A stretch of 56,130 nt of DNA, taken from IMG/VR virus record IMGVR_UViG_3300019377_000001, positions 1-56,130 of that record; one strand, 5' to 3'. The position numbers were made by a program, and so were the translations under genes. The notes beneath the pieces are model-generated. The model was not told where the DNA came from. It ran no database searches and saw only the letters and a list, made by a program, of their open reading frames with translations. Shown here in pieces: positions 6,242 through 15,501 of this stretch (position 1 is its first letter; each line of letters opens with the position of its first letter). This DNA is from a virus.

Positions 6242-8233
6242 TCAGGTCTGTGCGGTCACGGCGGGCTGTAGCTGGGACCACCCGGTACGTACGTTGATCA
6301 GCCGGGCGGGCACGGCGATGCACTGGCAGCCGGCGTGGTCACCCGGGAAGGCGACGAACCCGCCGGCGAACACGCTCACCCCGTCGAACAGCGCATCCTT
6401 GAGCGACAGGTGCACGGGGTGCGGGTCGGGGCCCTGGTAGAGGTGGAGCCACCGGTGGGAGTTGGGGCCGACCGGGGCGGCGAGCCCGTAGTCGCGTCGG
6501 ATGATCGCCATCGTGGCAGCCGCTAGCGCGATCCCGCTAGCGGCCTGCGTAAAATCCGACGCCTCACCCCCGCCGGCGATCGTCGCGACCTCGCGGGCCG
6601 CCTGCCACGCCTCCGAGATCCCGGTGCCGCCTTCCTGCTGGACGGCGACGGTCGCAGCTACGGCGGTCACGAACGCGGCCTGCGCGGCGGTGAGGCCCTC
6701 CTCCTCCGGCTCGGGCGGGACCTCGATGCCCATGGCGCGTAGACGCCCGTGGGCCCGCTGGATCACGCGGGTCACCTTCTCGATAGCGGCCTGCGCGACG
6801 CCCGCGATCGTGGCGTCCATGTTCGGGATGTCGCCCGTGTACAGGCGTGCGAGGTCGGCGTTCGGGACGTCGGCCGGCAGGTCGAAGTTGCGGCCCTGGG
6901 CGATGCTGCGGATCTTCGCGCCGAGCTTCTCCAGGGCCCGCTCCGCGACGTCGAGGATCAGGTCCTCCAGCGACGTGTACGCCTGCTCGTCGATGTCGGC
7001 CAGGCGCGCGCCGTCGATCGTCGGTGTCGCGGCGGCCTGCGGCTGGGACGGCTCCGCGGCGATCTGCCGGGTGTCGTCGGCCTCGACCGGTTCCGGCTCG
7101 GCGTCGCCCTCGGCCGGCACGTCGGCGCCTTCGGTGGGCTGCTGGATGCCGTCGCCCCACGCGTCCTCCGGTGCGCCGAGCTGCTCGGCGGCCCACCACG
7201 TCTGCACGATGCCGGCGACCGCGGCCTGGATGACGTCGGAGGTTGGCGGACGACGGCGCAGCAGCGGCCCGGGGTCCGGAACTACCTCGACGCGGTCCCG
7301 GTCGATCCTGGCCGCCTTGGTGATGCCCTCCGCGTACCCCTGGCCGACCGGGGCGGCGAGCGGTTCGACGTGTCCGAGCCAGTTGTCCTCGAGCGACGCG
7401 TACGCCGACCACTGGTTGGAGTCCTCGAGGCCGAGGAGCACGGACGGCGCCATGTCGAGGCCGATCGCGAGCTGCCGGATCAGGCGATCGATCCGGTCGT
7501 GCAGCTTCTCGTCCAGCGGGCCGGTGAGGTCGAGGGTCTTCCAGTGCTGGATGTACTCGGCGGGCCACCCCACCATGTTCGGCACGGCAACCGACTCGGC
7601 CTTCTCGTCCGCGAGCGGCGCGGTGACGACCTTCGCGAAGTCGTCCTCGAACTTCTTCGGGTTGGGGCCGGCGCCCTCCTTCGGGTACAGCAGCAGCATC
7701 GTCTGCGCGGTCCGGGAGCGGGCCGTAGCTCGCGCCTGTGCCCGGGTCAGGATCAGCTCGGTCGCGATGTCACGCACCGAGGCCACCGCGGAGTCAGCAC
7801 GACCCGGGATCGCCGGGTCCTCGATCATGACCTCCACGAGCACGTCGGCGGCGATCGCCTCGTCGCGCTGCACGGTGCTGATCGGGGAGTTGAGGATCTT
7901 CCACTTGCCGCCCGTGCGGACCAGGAAGTACCGGCCGACCACCTGCAGGTGGATCGCGGCCATGACGGACAGGGAGCGTAGGTCGGCGCCGAACGCCTGG
8001 CGCATCAGCTCGTCGCCCTCGGGCAGCTCTTCGCCGTCGCCCTCCACCCGCCAGTCGAGCCGGCCGACGAGCCGGGCCTGCTGGTTGACCGCGTAGTGCA
8101 CCTCGGGCACGCACCGGTAGATCCGCCAGAGGTCACCTTCGCGCAAGGCGTCCATCACGGGCCGGTCAGGGATGCGGTCGAACGATCGGACGGTCGCAGC
8201 CGTCAGTGGCTCATCCTTCGAGAACAGTCCCAT
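6242..8233 (-). CDS. Portal protein fused to a MuF/SPP1 gp7-like head morphogenesis domain
   Basis: 663 aa, downstream of the terminase. The C-terminus ...FPGDHAGCQCIAVP matches the MuF-type HxxCxC motif. Confidence 0.7.
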   Translation of the reverse strand: MGLFSKDEPLTAATVRSFDRIPDRPVMDALREGDLWRIYRCVPEVHYAVNQQARLVGRLDWRVEGDGEELPEGDELMRQAFGADLRSLSVMAAIHLQVVGRYFLVRTGGKWKILNSPISTVQRDEAIAADVLVEVMIEDPAIPGRADSAVASVRDIATELILTRAQARATARSRTAQTMLLLYPKEGAGPNPKKFEDDFAKVVTAPLADEKAESVAVPNMVGWPAEYIQHWKTLDLTGPLDEKLHDRIDRLIRQLAIGLDMAPSVLLGLEDSNQWSAYASLEDNWLGHVEPLAAPVGQGYAEGITKAARIDRDRVEVVPDPGPLLRRRPPTSDVIQAAVAGIVQTWWAAEQLGAPEDAWGDGIQQPTEGADVPAEGDAEPEPVEADDTRQIAAEPSQPQAAATPTIDGARLADIDEQAYTSLEDLILDVAERALEKLGAKIRSIAQGRNFDLPADVPNADLARLYTGDIPNMDATIAGVAQAAIEKVTRVIQRAHGRLRAMGIEVPPEPEEEGLTAAQAAFVTAVAATVAVQQEGGTGISEAWQAAREVATIAGGGEASDFTQAASGIALAAATMAIIRRDYGLAAPVGPNSHRWLHLYQGPDPHPVHLSLKDALFDGVSVFAGGFVAFPGDHAGCQCIAVPARLINVRTGWSQLQPAVTAQT

Positions 8234-8242
8234 GGGCGAATC

Positions 8243-8644
8243 CTAGGCTTCCGGGGTTCCGTCACCGATGGCCACGATCTGCGCTGTGGTGTGCCGTCCC
8301 CACTGGTTCGCGCACCCACACCCGGACCAGGAGAAGGGCCCCCACGAGCCGCGCTTCGCACCGGACTGGACCCGGTCCCCCGTCGGCAGCGGGTACTTCG
8401 TGACGCTGGTGACCGTCCGGCCGCGGTCGGTGGACCGGGCGACGTACAGGGCGTCCGCGGTGATGATCAGCCGCGACCACCGCCACAGGTCGCCGCCCCG
8501 GCGCCCGCCGCCGTCGTACCGGACGTCTACCGGGTAGAGGTCGGCGGGGCCGTTCACGGGCTTGTTCCCGGTGCGTGCACGGGTCCGTGATCGGTCGGCC
8601 GACGGGGTGAGGGTGGACTTGGTACCTATCGGGCGTGAGCGCAT
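8243..8644 (-). CDS. Hypothetical protein
   Basis: 133-aa ORF between the pyruvyl-transferase-like gene and the portal. TAG stop. Same frame as both neighbours. Confidence 0.55.
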   Translation of the reverse strand: MRSRPIGTKSTLTPSADRSRTRARTGNKPVNGPADLYPVDVRYDGGGRRGGDLWRWSRLIITADALYVARSTDRGRTVTSVTKYPLPTGDRVQSGAKRGSWGPFSWSGCGCANQWGRHTTAQIVAIGDGTPEA

Positions 8645-8653
8645 ATCGGGATG

Positions 8654-9361
8654 CTACGTCGGCAGAGATGTTGCAGCCCGCTTGAGCTGGTCGCACAGGT
8701 GGCGCCACGTGTCGCGGTCCAGCGGGGGCACCGGCCCCGGGGTCAGACACGGCCGGCCGGTGCCGAGGAAGTGGTCCTGGAACTTCAGGTTCGCGGACAC
8801 CAGGCCGTCGGTGTACGACCCGTGCCACGTCACGGGGATCCCGTACGCGTCCGCCGCGATCACCCCGTGCAGCGACGTCGTGATGATGCGTTCGCATGCT
8901 TTCATCTGGCGGACCACGCGACGCCACCCGCCGAGCACGTCGATGAACAACGCATCCGGGTACCTCGAGCGCGCCGGCGTGACGTCCACGAAGTGCGGCA
9001 TGATCCCGACCCGGTGCGTGCGCTCCACCGGCGGGTCGTACACCTCGGGCAGCAGCAGAGCCGGGTCGCCGTACACCTGCGGGACCGTAGCTCCGTCGAT
9101 GCACGACCTGGTGAGCGGGCCCCGCACGGCGAGGAACGTCGTGCCCTTCGTCGCGAACCGCCGATCGTGCTGCACCCCTGTCCCCCACACGACGTCGCCC
9201 GGGCGTAGCGCGTTCATCACCGACCCGACGGCGAGCACCTTGCCCCGCTCGTCGCGGGACACGCGCTCGAGGTCGAACCCGAGGTGCCGGAGGATCACGG
9301 GCGTCAGCGTGTCGCCGAAGTTCTTGGTGGTGGGGTCCCAGTAGGTGCGCATGGGCCCCAT
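8654..9361 (-). CDS. Polysaccharide pyruvyl transferase-like protein
   Basis: N-terminal NFGDTLTP, then ...AVRGPLTR...GDPALLLP...IITTSLHGVIAADAYGIP, the pattern of the CsaB/WcaK family. Confidence 0.6.
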   Translation of the reverse strand: MGPMRTYWDPTTKNFGDTLTPVILRHLGFDLERVSRDERGKVLAVGSVMNALRPGDVVWGTGVQHDRRFATKGTTFLAVRGPLTRSCIDGATVPQVYGDPALLLPEVYDPPVERTHRVGIMPHFVDVTPARSRYPDALFIDVLGGWRRVVRQMKACERIITTSLHGVIAADAYGIPVTWHGSYTDGLVSANLKFQDHFLGTGRPCLTPGPVPPLDRDTWRHLCDQLKRAATSLPT

Positions 9362-9499
9362 GATCGCGGACAGGGCTGGGGGCCCCGCGCTGCTGCGCGG
9401 GGCCCCACGACGGGCCGCGTAGACGAACCCGCCCTGTCGTGGTTTGGGGTGTCCGGTAAGCCACGAAATCCGGAGGCCGCTAGGCCGTGACCATCGACG

Positions 9500-11047
9500 C
9501 TACCAGTGTCCCGGCAGCGGGCGCGTAGCTCGCTCGGTGTCCACGTTCGTCTCCCCGACGTCGGAGCGCCGCATACGGCGCAGGGCGTGCGCGAGCGTGT
9601 CCGGGATGTCGTCGTGCGGCGCCGTCGGGAACGCCGTGCACTCCACGAGGAAGTCGTCCAGCCACGCCCGCCCGGACGGCAGGTGCACCTGGTGCGCCTC
9701 CACGAGCGGCGACACGGACTGCACCCGGATCAGCTTCGACCCGGTCGGCGGGACGGGCACGATCCCGTCGAGCTCCTTCTGCAACGTCTCGATCGCCGCG
9801 GCGCCGTTCGCGGCCTGCTCCACGACGTGCGCGATCGCCTGCGGGTACCGGCCGATGAACGTCCGCATCTGCGCGAGCTGCACGGTGAACGTGCCACGGA
9901 ACCGGATCTGGTCGAGCAGGTAGTACTGATTCCCGGACCGCTGCCACGCCTGCCCCACGCAGTAGTCGCCCGTCGGTGAGCCGGGCCGTTGCGCGCTCGT
10001 CGTGGACCGGGATCCCGTCGTCGTGCCGGTCCCGAAGGTGAGGTCCCACGCGGTGATGACCTGGTCGGCCGGCGGCAGCTCGGCGTCGGTGTAGAACCGC
10101 CACCAGTCGAGCTTGAACACCGACCCGTCGAGCTCGCCGGGGTGCTGCTGGTACAGCGCGTTGAAGATCGCCGTGCCGACGCTGACCTTGATCGCGTCCC
10201 ACCGGGCGAGGGCTTCCTCGAGCGACTCCTCCTGCTGCACGGACAGCAGCGGTTCCCCGAGGTCGCGGCCGAGCTGGTCGTCGGCCTCCGCGATCGCGGG
10301 GATGACGATCTGCTCCCAGTCGTCCTCGGCCAGCAGCCGGCCGTTGAGGTCGTCGTCGTGCCACCTGGTCGCGATCGACAGGATGATCGACCCGGGCCGC
10401 ATGCGGGGCTTGATGACGGACTGCCACACGGACCACGCGGTGTCGCGGATCTTCTGGCTGTAGGCGTCCTCCATGTTGCGGATCGGGTCATCGATGATCG
10501 CGACGCGTAGGCGCCGGCCGGACATGGAGCCCTTGATGCCGCGGGCGATGATCCCGCCGCGCTCGGGTCCGTCGATCGTCCAGTCGGTGACGCCGCCGCG
10601 GCGCGGGCGCGTAGCTCGGCCGTCGTACTCGCGCTGCACGTCGCCGGAGAACTACGTGGCGAGCGACGCCTCCGCGGACACGAGGCCGATCTGCCAGTCG
10701 GGGCGGTTGAGCAGCAGCCACAGCGGGAACACGACGGACGCCGTCATCGACTTACCCGAGCCCGGGGGCATGCTGATGATCAGCTTCGTGTCCTCGCCGC
10801 GGTCGGCCCGCTCGACGGCGCGCGTGAGCGCGTCCATGAGGACGTCGGTGTGTCGCCGTGCGATGTACTCCGGGCCCACGACGTCGCGCGCTAGCTCGGG
10901 CAGGCTCATGCGCGGTCCGTTGCCGCTACGGCTGACGGCCTCCCCCAGGGGCCGGATCGCGCTGTCGGGTAGGGAGTGGACGAGGGCGGCGACCTCGTCA
11001 TCGGACATGCCGCGCAGCAGGCCGGCGATGTCCCCGAGGCTCGTCAT
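9500..11047 (-). CDS. Terminase large subunit, reading frame interrupted by one in-frame TAG at 10652-10654
   Basis: Walker A PPGSGKS lies in 10652..11047. IIDDP, TRWHDDDL and the nuclease half lie in 9500..10639. Both parts are in the same frame: ...SAEASLAT-TAG-FSGDVQREYDG... Confidence 0.8.
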
Positions 11048-12351
11048 TCCGCCAGGAGGACGGGTGTCTCACGTGTCTCGGCGGCGAGGCGTTCCAGGGA
11101 CGCTGCGACGTACCCCGGCTCCCACTCGCACCCGACGCCGATGCGGCCGGCCCGGTGCGCGGCGACGAGCGTCGACGCGGACCCGGCGAACGGGTCCAGG
11201 ACGATGTCGCCCGGGTCGCTCGAGTTGAGGACGGCGCGGGTCACGAGCTCGACGGGCTTCGACGTCGGGTGGATGTCGCTGTCCTTCGGCCGCGGGATCT
11301 CCCACACGCTGGACTGGGTGCGGTCGGTGACCGGGTGGTGCGGGCCGCCGGTCCACCACCCATACACGATCGGTTCGTGCCGCTGGTGGTAGTCCGCGCG
11401 GCCGAACGTCGCGGTGTCCTTCACCCACACGAGCATCCACCGGTACAGGCCCCTGCTGGCGAGCACGGTCGCCATGGGCGGGAACACGTCACCCTGCCCC
11501 AGGGACACGTACAGGGACGCTCCTGGGCGCACAGCGTGCTCCCCGAGGGTGTCGAGCACGTCACCGAGTAGCTGCGTGGCCTCCTCGATGCTGCCGTCGC
11601 CCTCCAGGACCTCCCGCTCGACGCCGGCGCCGCCGCTGTAGTCGATGCCGTACGGCGGGTCCGCGAAGACCAGGTCGGCCGTACGGCCGCCGAGCATCCG
11701 CTGCCACACGTCGGGGTCGCGGGAGTCGCCGCACGCGAGCAGGTGGTCACCGACGCGCCAGATCTGCCCGTGCTCGACGTCGCCGCCGGCGGGCCGGTCC
11801 TGGAAGTTGCGGTCCGACCACGGGTCGCCGCCGTCGTCGTCCGCGCCCTGCAGGAGGGCGCGCAGCTCGTCCATGTCGTCCTTGCCGTACCCGACGCCGG
11901 CGAGCGCCGCCATGTCGTTCCCGCGGTCGGAGAGCCCGTCGAGCAGCTCCAGGAGGGACTCGTCCACCCACCCGCCGAGCTCGGTGGTGCGGTTGAGGCC
12001 GATCAGCGCCGCGGTGGCCTCCGCGTCGTCGCGGGACGCCCACCCGACCTGCACGGGCACGAGCCAGCGGCCCTGGTCGTCCACCCGCACGCCCTCGGGG
12101 GGGGCCTCGCCGCGGTCCCGCTTCGCGCGGAGGGTCTTGGTGCGGCCGTGCCCGGACACGATGTACCCGGTGCGTTCATCGATCACGGCGCCGTCGATGT
12201 ACCCGAACCGCTCCATGGACGCGTCGATCACGTCGACGGCGTGGTCCTTCGGGTTGGCGGGGTTCGCCGTGAGGTCGTCCAGCAGCCGGTACTCGATGCG
12301 GCGCTCCACGCCGTCGTCGGGCGTGGTGGTGGGGGTCGCCTTCTTCGCCAT
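11044..12351 (-). CDS. ParB-like nuclease domain fused to an N6-adenine-type DNA methyltransferase
   Basis: N-terminal NPANPKDH... ParB-like box. The methylase half has FADPPYG (DPPY) and ...LDPFAGSAST. Confidence 0.75.
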   Translation of the reverse strand: MAKKATPTTTPDDGVERRIEYRLLDDLTANPANPKDHAVDVIDASMERFGYIDGAVIDERTGYIVSGHGRTKTLRAKRDRGEAPPEGVRVDDQGRWLVPVQVGWASRDDAEATAALIGLNRTTELGGWVDESLLELLDGLSDRGNDMAALAGVGYGKDDMDELRALLQGADDDGGDPWSDRNFQDRPAGGDVEHGQIWRVGDHLLACGDSRDPDVWQRMLGGRTADLVFADPPYGIDYSGGAGVEREVLEGDGSIEEATQLLGDVLDTLGEHAVRPGASLYVSLGQGDVFPPMATVLASRGLYRWMLVWVKDTATFGRADYHQRHEPIVYGWWTGGPHHPVTDRTQSSVWEIPRPKDSDIHPTSKPVELVTRAVLNSSDPGDIVLDPFAGSASTLVAAHRAGRIGVGCEWEPGYVAASLERLAAETRETPVLLAE

Positions 12352-12716
12352 CAGATCTCCTCGTCGGGGTTGTCGCGGTACGCGATGAGCTTCTCGATCA
12401 GGACCGACCGCGCGTCGTCCACGGTGACCTGGGCGCCCTTCGGGAGCCCGCCGCGGTCGAGGATGCTGTCGGCGGCCTTGAGGCGCAGGGCCTCGTTGTC
12501 GCTGGTCGCCATGATGCGCGCCAGCGTCGCGATCGCGGGGTCCACGAGCTCGAGGAGTCGGAGCTTCGCGGCGCGCTTGACCTGGGGCGCGGACCCGCCG
12601 TGCAGCCGGCAGACCGTGCCCCCCTTGATCGGGGACTTCTGGCAGGGGGTGCCGGCCCGGGTCTTCTTCCCGCAGATGGCCTTCTTGCCGCGGTTGCTCT
12701 GGTTGTGGTCGTTCAT
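12351..12716 (-). CDS. Putative terminase small subunit / zinc-ribbon DNA-binding protein
   Basis: 121 aa with CGKKTRAGTPC...CRLHGG. It sits at the head of the packaging operon. Confidence 0.4.
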   Translation of the reverse strand: MNDHNQSNRGKKAICGKKTRAGTPCQKSPIKGGTVCRLHGGSAPQVKRAAKLRLLELVDPAIATLARIMATSDNEALRLKAADSILDRGGLPKGAQVTVDDARSVLIEKLIAYRDNPDEEI

Positions 12717-12737
12717 GGGGTGCGGCCCTTCATGGGG

Positions 12738-13040
12738 TCACGCGTGCAGCCGCTGGTCGACGGACGCTGTCACACCGCACACGGTCGAGGCGGCGAGCGC
12801 GATCGCGACGGCCTCGCGGCGTGTGCAGCGGCCGGCGCGCCAGAGCGCGAAGGTCAGGGCGACGGACGCCCAGAACCCGATGCACCACGGGCACCCGACG
12901 AGCTCGGACACCCACTGAGCTACGGGGTGGTTCGAGGCGTTCAGGCGCCCGTGGATCGGTTCGGTGATGGAGTCCACGCCCGCGATCCGGTAGATCCGGA
13001 ACGCTGCGAGGCCGATCACTACTGCCCACACGAGAGGCAT
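12738..13040 (-). CDS. DUF1360-like membrane protein
   Basis: Hydrophobic 100-aa ORF with a GCPWCIGFW motif. Confidence 0.55.
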   Translation of the reverse strand: MPLVWAVVIGLAAFRIYRIAGVDSITEPIHGRLNASNHPVAQWVSELVGCPWCIGFWASVALTFALWRAGRCTRREAVAIALAASTVCGVTASVDQRLHA

Positions 13041-13993
13041 TTTGTCTTCGCCTTTCTGGCTTGTTGGACGTGCGCCGCGGTGGCCGCGATGCGCTGTTGC
13101 TGGGGTGTCGTGCCGGGCACGCGCTGCAGCGACGTCTCGGGGACGACGCGGTTACCGTTCTCGGTCTTGAGCACCCGGTACCGTGCGCGGCGCTTCCGCT
13201 CTGCACGGGGGTTGGGCATGGCCGGCGCGGGGGCCCGCATGCCGGCGCGGTCGAGGATGCCGGGGATCTCGAACCGGCTCGGTCCGCTCAGGCCGGCGCG
13301 CAGCAGGTGCGGCTCGACGGCCTGCCGGAACGTGCCCTCCTGCGACGAGAGCCACGCCCGGGACGGCGGGCCGCCGCGGTTCGCGACGTAGATCTTCGGG
13401 TCGCGCATCTGCTTGCCGCGTAGCCCCTGCAGGTTGCCGTACAGGGTGCGGACGTGCGGCGCCGACGCGCGCATCTTCTCCGCGAGGTCGAGGGACCGGA
13501 GCATCGTGGTCTTGTGCACGGTGAGCGGCGTGTGGATGTCGTAGTTGTACAGCTTCACGCCGGGCAGGAGCTGCTGCAGGAGCTTCTCGGTCTCGCGCAG
13601 GCCGACGGCCCACTTCGACGTCCACGACGCGAACAGCGGTGTCACCTTGCTCGACTCGCCGCGGTGGATCGCGGGTAGCTCGTGCACGGGCTGCAGGCAG
13701 TAGAAGTCGTCATTCCACAGCACCCACGGATCGGACACGTCCGGGGACTCGCACGCCCAGCGGTAGTGCGCCCTGGTGGTGGCGTATTTCATCATGAGGG
13801 TGGGGCGCTGCACGGTGGTGAGGTGCGGGTGTTCGGTGTTCACCCACCGCGGCCAGGACCCGACGATCCACACGTGCCGGTAGTCGAAATTTCGTTCGAT
13901 CGAGCGCAGCGCGAACCGTAGCTCGCGGTTGTCTCCGGCACGGCAGGGGATCACGACATCGGGAGCATCCTGACGGTGCGGCATACCGCGCAT
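13019..13993 (-). CDS. Stealth (CR2)-like sugar-phosphotransferase / glycosyltransferase
   Basis: [24 protein letters not shown]...VWIVG..PRWV...WNDDFY resembles the conserved regions of Stealth proteins. Confidence 0.45.
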   Translation of the reverse strand: MRGMPHRQDAPDVVIPCRAGDNRELRFALRSIERNFDYRHVWIVGSWPRWVNTEHPHLTTVQRPTLMMKYATTRAHYRWACESPDVSDPWVLWNDDFYCLQPVHELPAIHRGESSKVTPLFASWTSKWAVGLRETEKLLQQLLPGVKLYNYDIHTPLTVHKTTMLRSLDLAEKMRASAPHVRTLYGNLQGLRGKQMRDPKIYVANRGGPPSRAWLSSQEGTFRQAVEPHLLRAGLSGPSRFEIPGILDRAGMRAPAPAMPNPRAERKRRARYRVLKTENGNRVVPETSLQRVPGTTPQQQRIAATAAHVQQARKAKTKCLSCGQ

Positions 13994-13994
13994 G

Positions 13995-14267
13995 CTACCC
14001 AGCAGGGTCCTCGTCCTCGCTGGTGGACTCGGTAAACGTGACCCCTGGCTGGGACGCCACGGGGCCGCGTGCGGACGCTGGTAGCCCGGCGCCGCGGCCG
14101 GCCGTTGCGGCGACGACGGCGCCGATGTCGGCCGCCGGCCGGCCGCGCGGTGTCGGCGGTGGTGTGTGGCCGCGTCCTGTGGTGGTGGTGACGCCGTCGA
14201 GCAGGGTGCGCAGCAGCAGCCGGTCGGTGTCGTTCAGGGGCAGCGTGGTGTCGATGGTGAGGATCAC
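13995..14267 (-). CDS. Hypothetical protein
   Basis: I trimmed the ORF to the GTG at 14267 ([19 protein letters not shown]...). GC3-rich codons. No clear SD. Confidence 0.45.
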   Translation of the reverse strand: MILTIDTTLPLNDTDRLLLRTLLDGVTTTTGRGHTPPPTPRGRPAADIGAVVAATAGRGAGLPASARGPVASQPGVTFTESTSEDEDPAG

Positions 14268-14285
14268 GGCGCCACGGTGACACGC

Positions 14286-14320
14286 CAACGCCCCACACGC
14301 TTGTCGCGTGCGGGGCGTTG
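14286..14320 (-). terminator. Hairpin after gene 14335..14664
   Basis: 15-bp stem CAACGCCCCACACGC / GCGTGCGGGGCGTTG with one mismatch. Confidence 0.5.
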
Positions 14321-14334
14321 ATGCGCTTGTCAGG

Positions 14335-14664
14335 CTAGAACAGCATGCCCTCCGGCTCGGCGGCGGTCCACCGCTGAAGCATCGCCTCGATCCGGTTGCC
14401 CGCGTCCTGCGCGAACAGAGACCCGAGCAGGATCGCCGCGGTGTCCGGCGCCGGCTCGACCACCGGGGCGCGTAGCTCGTCGTCGTCCAGGGTGTCGTCG
14501 CCTGCAGCGAGCGCCATCCAGTCGGGCGTGTTCGGGTCGATCGTGGGCCGGCGGGCTTCGGTGCGGCGGCACATCGGGCACAGCGGCCGGCCATCGGTCG
14601 TGGTGCGGTCGGTGCGCTCGCCGTGGGGGCAGGGCGCGAGGGGCGCGTACTGGGTGGTCCGCAT
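14335..14664 (-). CDS. Hypothetical zinc-ribbon protein
   Basis: 109 aa with CPHG...CPMC and an AGGAGG SD. An AT-rich region lies upstream at 14665-14785. Confidence 0.7.
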   Translation of the reverse strand: MRTTQYAPLAPCPHGERTDRTTTDGRPLCPMCRRTEARRPTIDPNTPDWMALAAGDDTLDDDELRAPVVEPAPDTAAILLGSLFAQDAGNRIEAMLQRWTAAEPEGMLF

Positions 14665-14785
14665 CGTCGTTGCCTCCTATCGCTGTCTAGTCGTCCGGGT
14701 GCTCCCATTATCGAACGGAAACGCCCCAATCGCTAGTACGAATCGAAATGCATCGATACGTGCGTTGCGGCAGGTCAGTGCGGGG

Positions 14786-15043
14786 TCACCCGAGCAGCTT
14801 CCCGCAGCGCCGGCACCGCACCACCCACCCGGCGGGAAACAACACCGGCTCGTGCAGGCCCTTGTCCCACACGGTGATCCGCAGGTGCCGCCCGAACACG
14901 CACCGCAGAGGGCGTTGCGCGTAGGGCAGCGGCGGCCGCGGTATCGACTTCGCCCAGTCGGCCGAGAGGGTGCCGTCGTCGGCAGCGTGCACCTCGACCA
15001 CGACCTCGTGACGTGCACGACGGCGCATGATGCGGCGCTTCAC
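14786..15043 (-). CDS. Hypothetical protein
   Basis: I trimmed the ORF to the GTG at 15043, which overlaps the upstream TGA. C-terminal CRRC. Confidence 0.5.
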   Translation of the reverse strand: MKRRIMRRRARHEVVVEVHAADDGTLSADWAKSIPRPPLPYAQRPLRCVFGRHLRITVWDKGLHEPVLFPAGWVVRCRRCGKLLG

Positions 15044-15501
15044 GCGTTCGCCTCCTTCTCGTCGGCGGCGAGCTTCGCGGCGAACGTCGCGAGGTGCTGC
15101 TCGTCGGCCTTGCCCCAGATCCGGTACAGGCGCCGGAGCTCGCTCCGGGTCAGCAGCACGGCGCGATCCAGGACGGCGACGACGCGGGCGGCCGGCGCGG
15201 TCCACGTCTCGACGGTGTCTTCCGTGGAGCGCTGCAGCTCCCCCACCGGCTCGACGCGGTACAGGTCGCCGCGCCCGTACAGCGACGCGTAGTGGAGGGC
15301 GTACAGGCGTTCGGGGGTGAGGTAGACGGCGCCGGCGAGCAGCGGCAGGCCGTCCTCCCCGGGCGGCAGCTCGGCGCGTGCGGCGCACCAGTCACAGCCC
15401 TCGTGCACCTTCCGTTCGTGACCCGGCTCGATCAGGTCGCCCGGCCGCAGCCCGGGAAATCCGCCGTGGAACAGGCGCGTCACTCGCTCCATAGCCGCCA
15501 C
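15040..15501 (-). CDS. Arr-like (rifampin ADP-ribosyltransferase family) protein
   Basis: LFHGGFPGLRPGDLIEPG ... AVYLTPERLYALHYA..GRGDLYRVEPVGEL parallels the Arr motifs FYHGTKA.L..GDLL and GRGYIYIVEPTGP. Confidence 0.5.
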   Translation of the reverse strand: MAAMERVTRLFHGGFPGLRPGDLIEPGHERKVHEGCDWCAARAELPPGEDGLPLLAGAVYLTPERLYALHYASLYGRGDLYRVEPVGELQRSTEDTVETWTAPAARVVAVLDRAVLLTRSELRRLYRIWGKADEQHLATFAAKLAADEKEANA

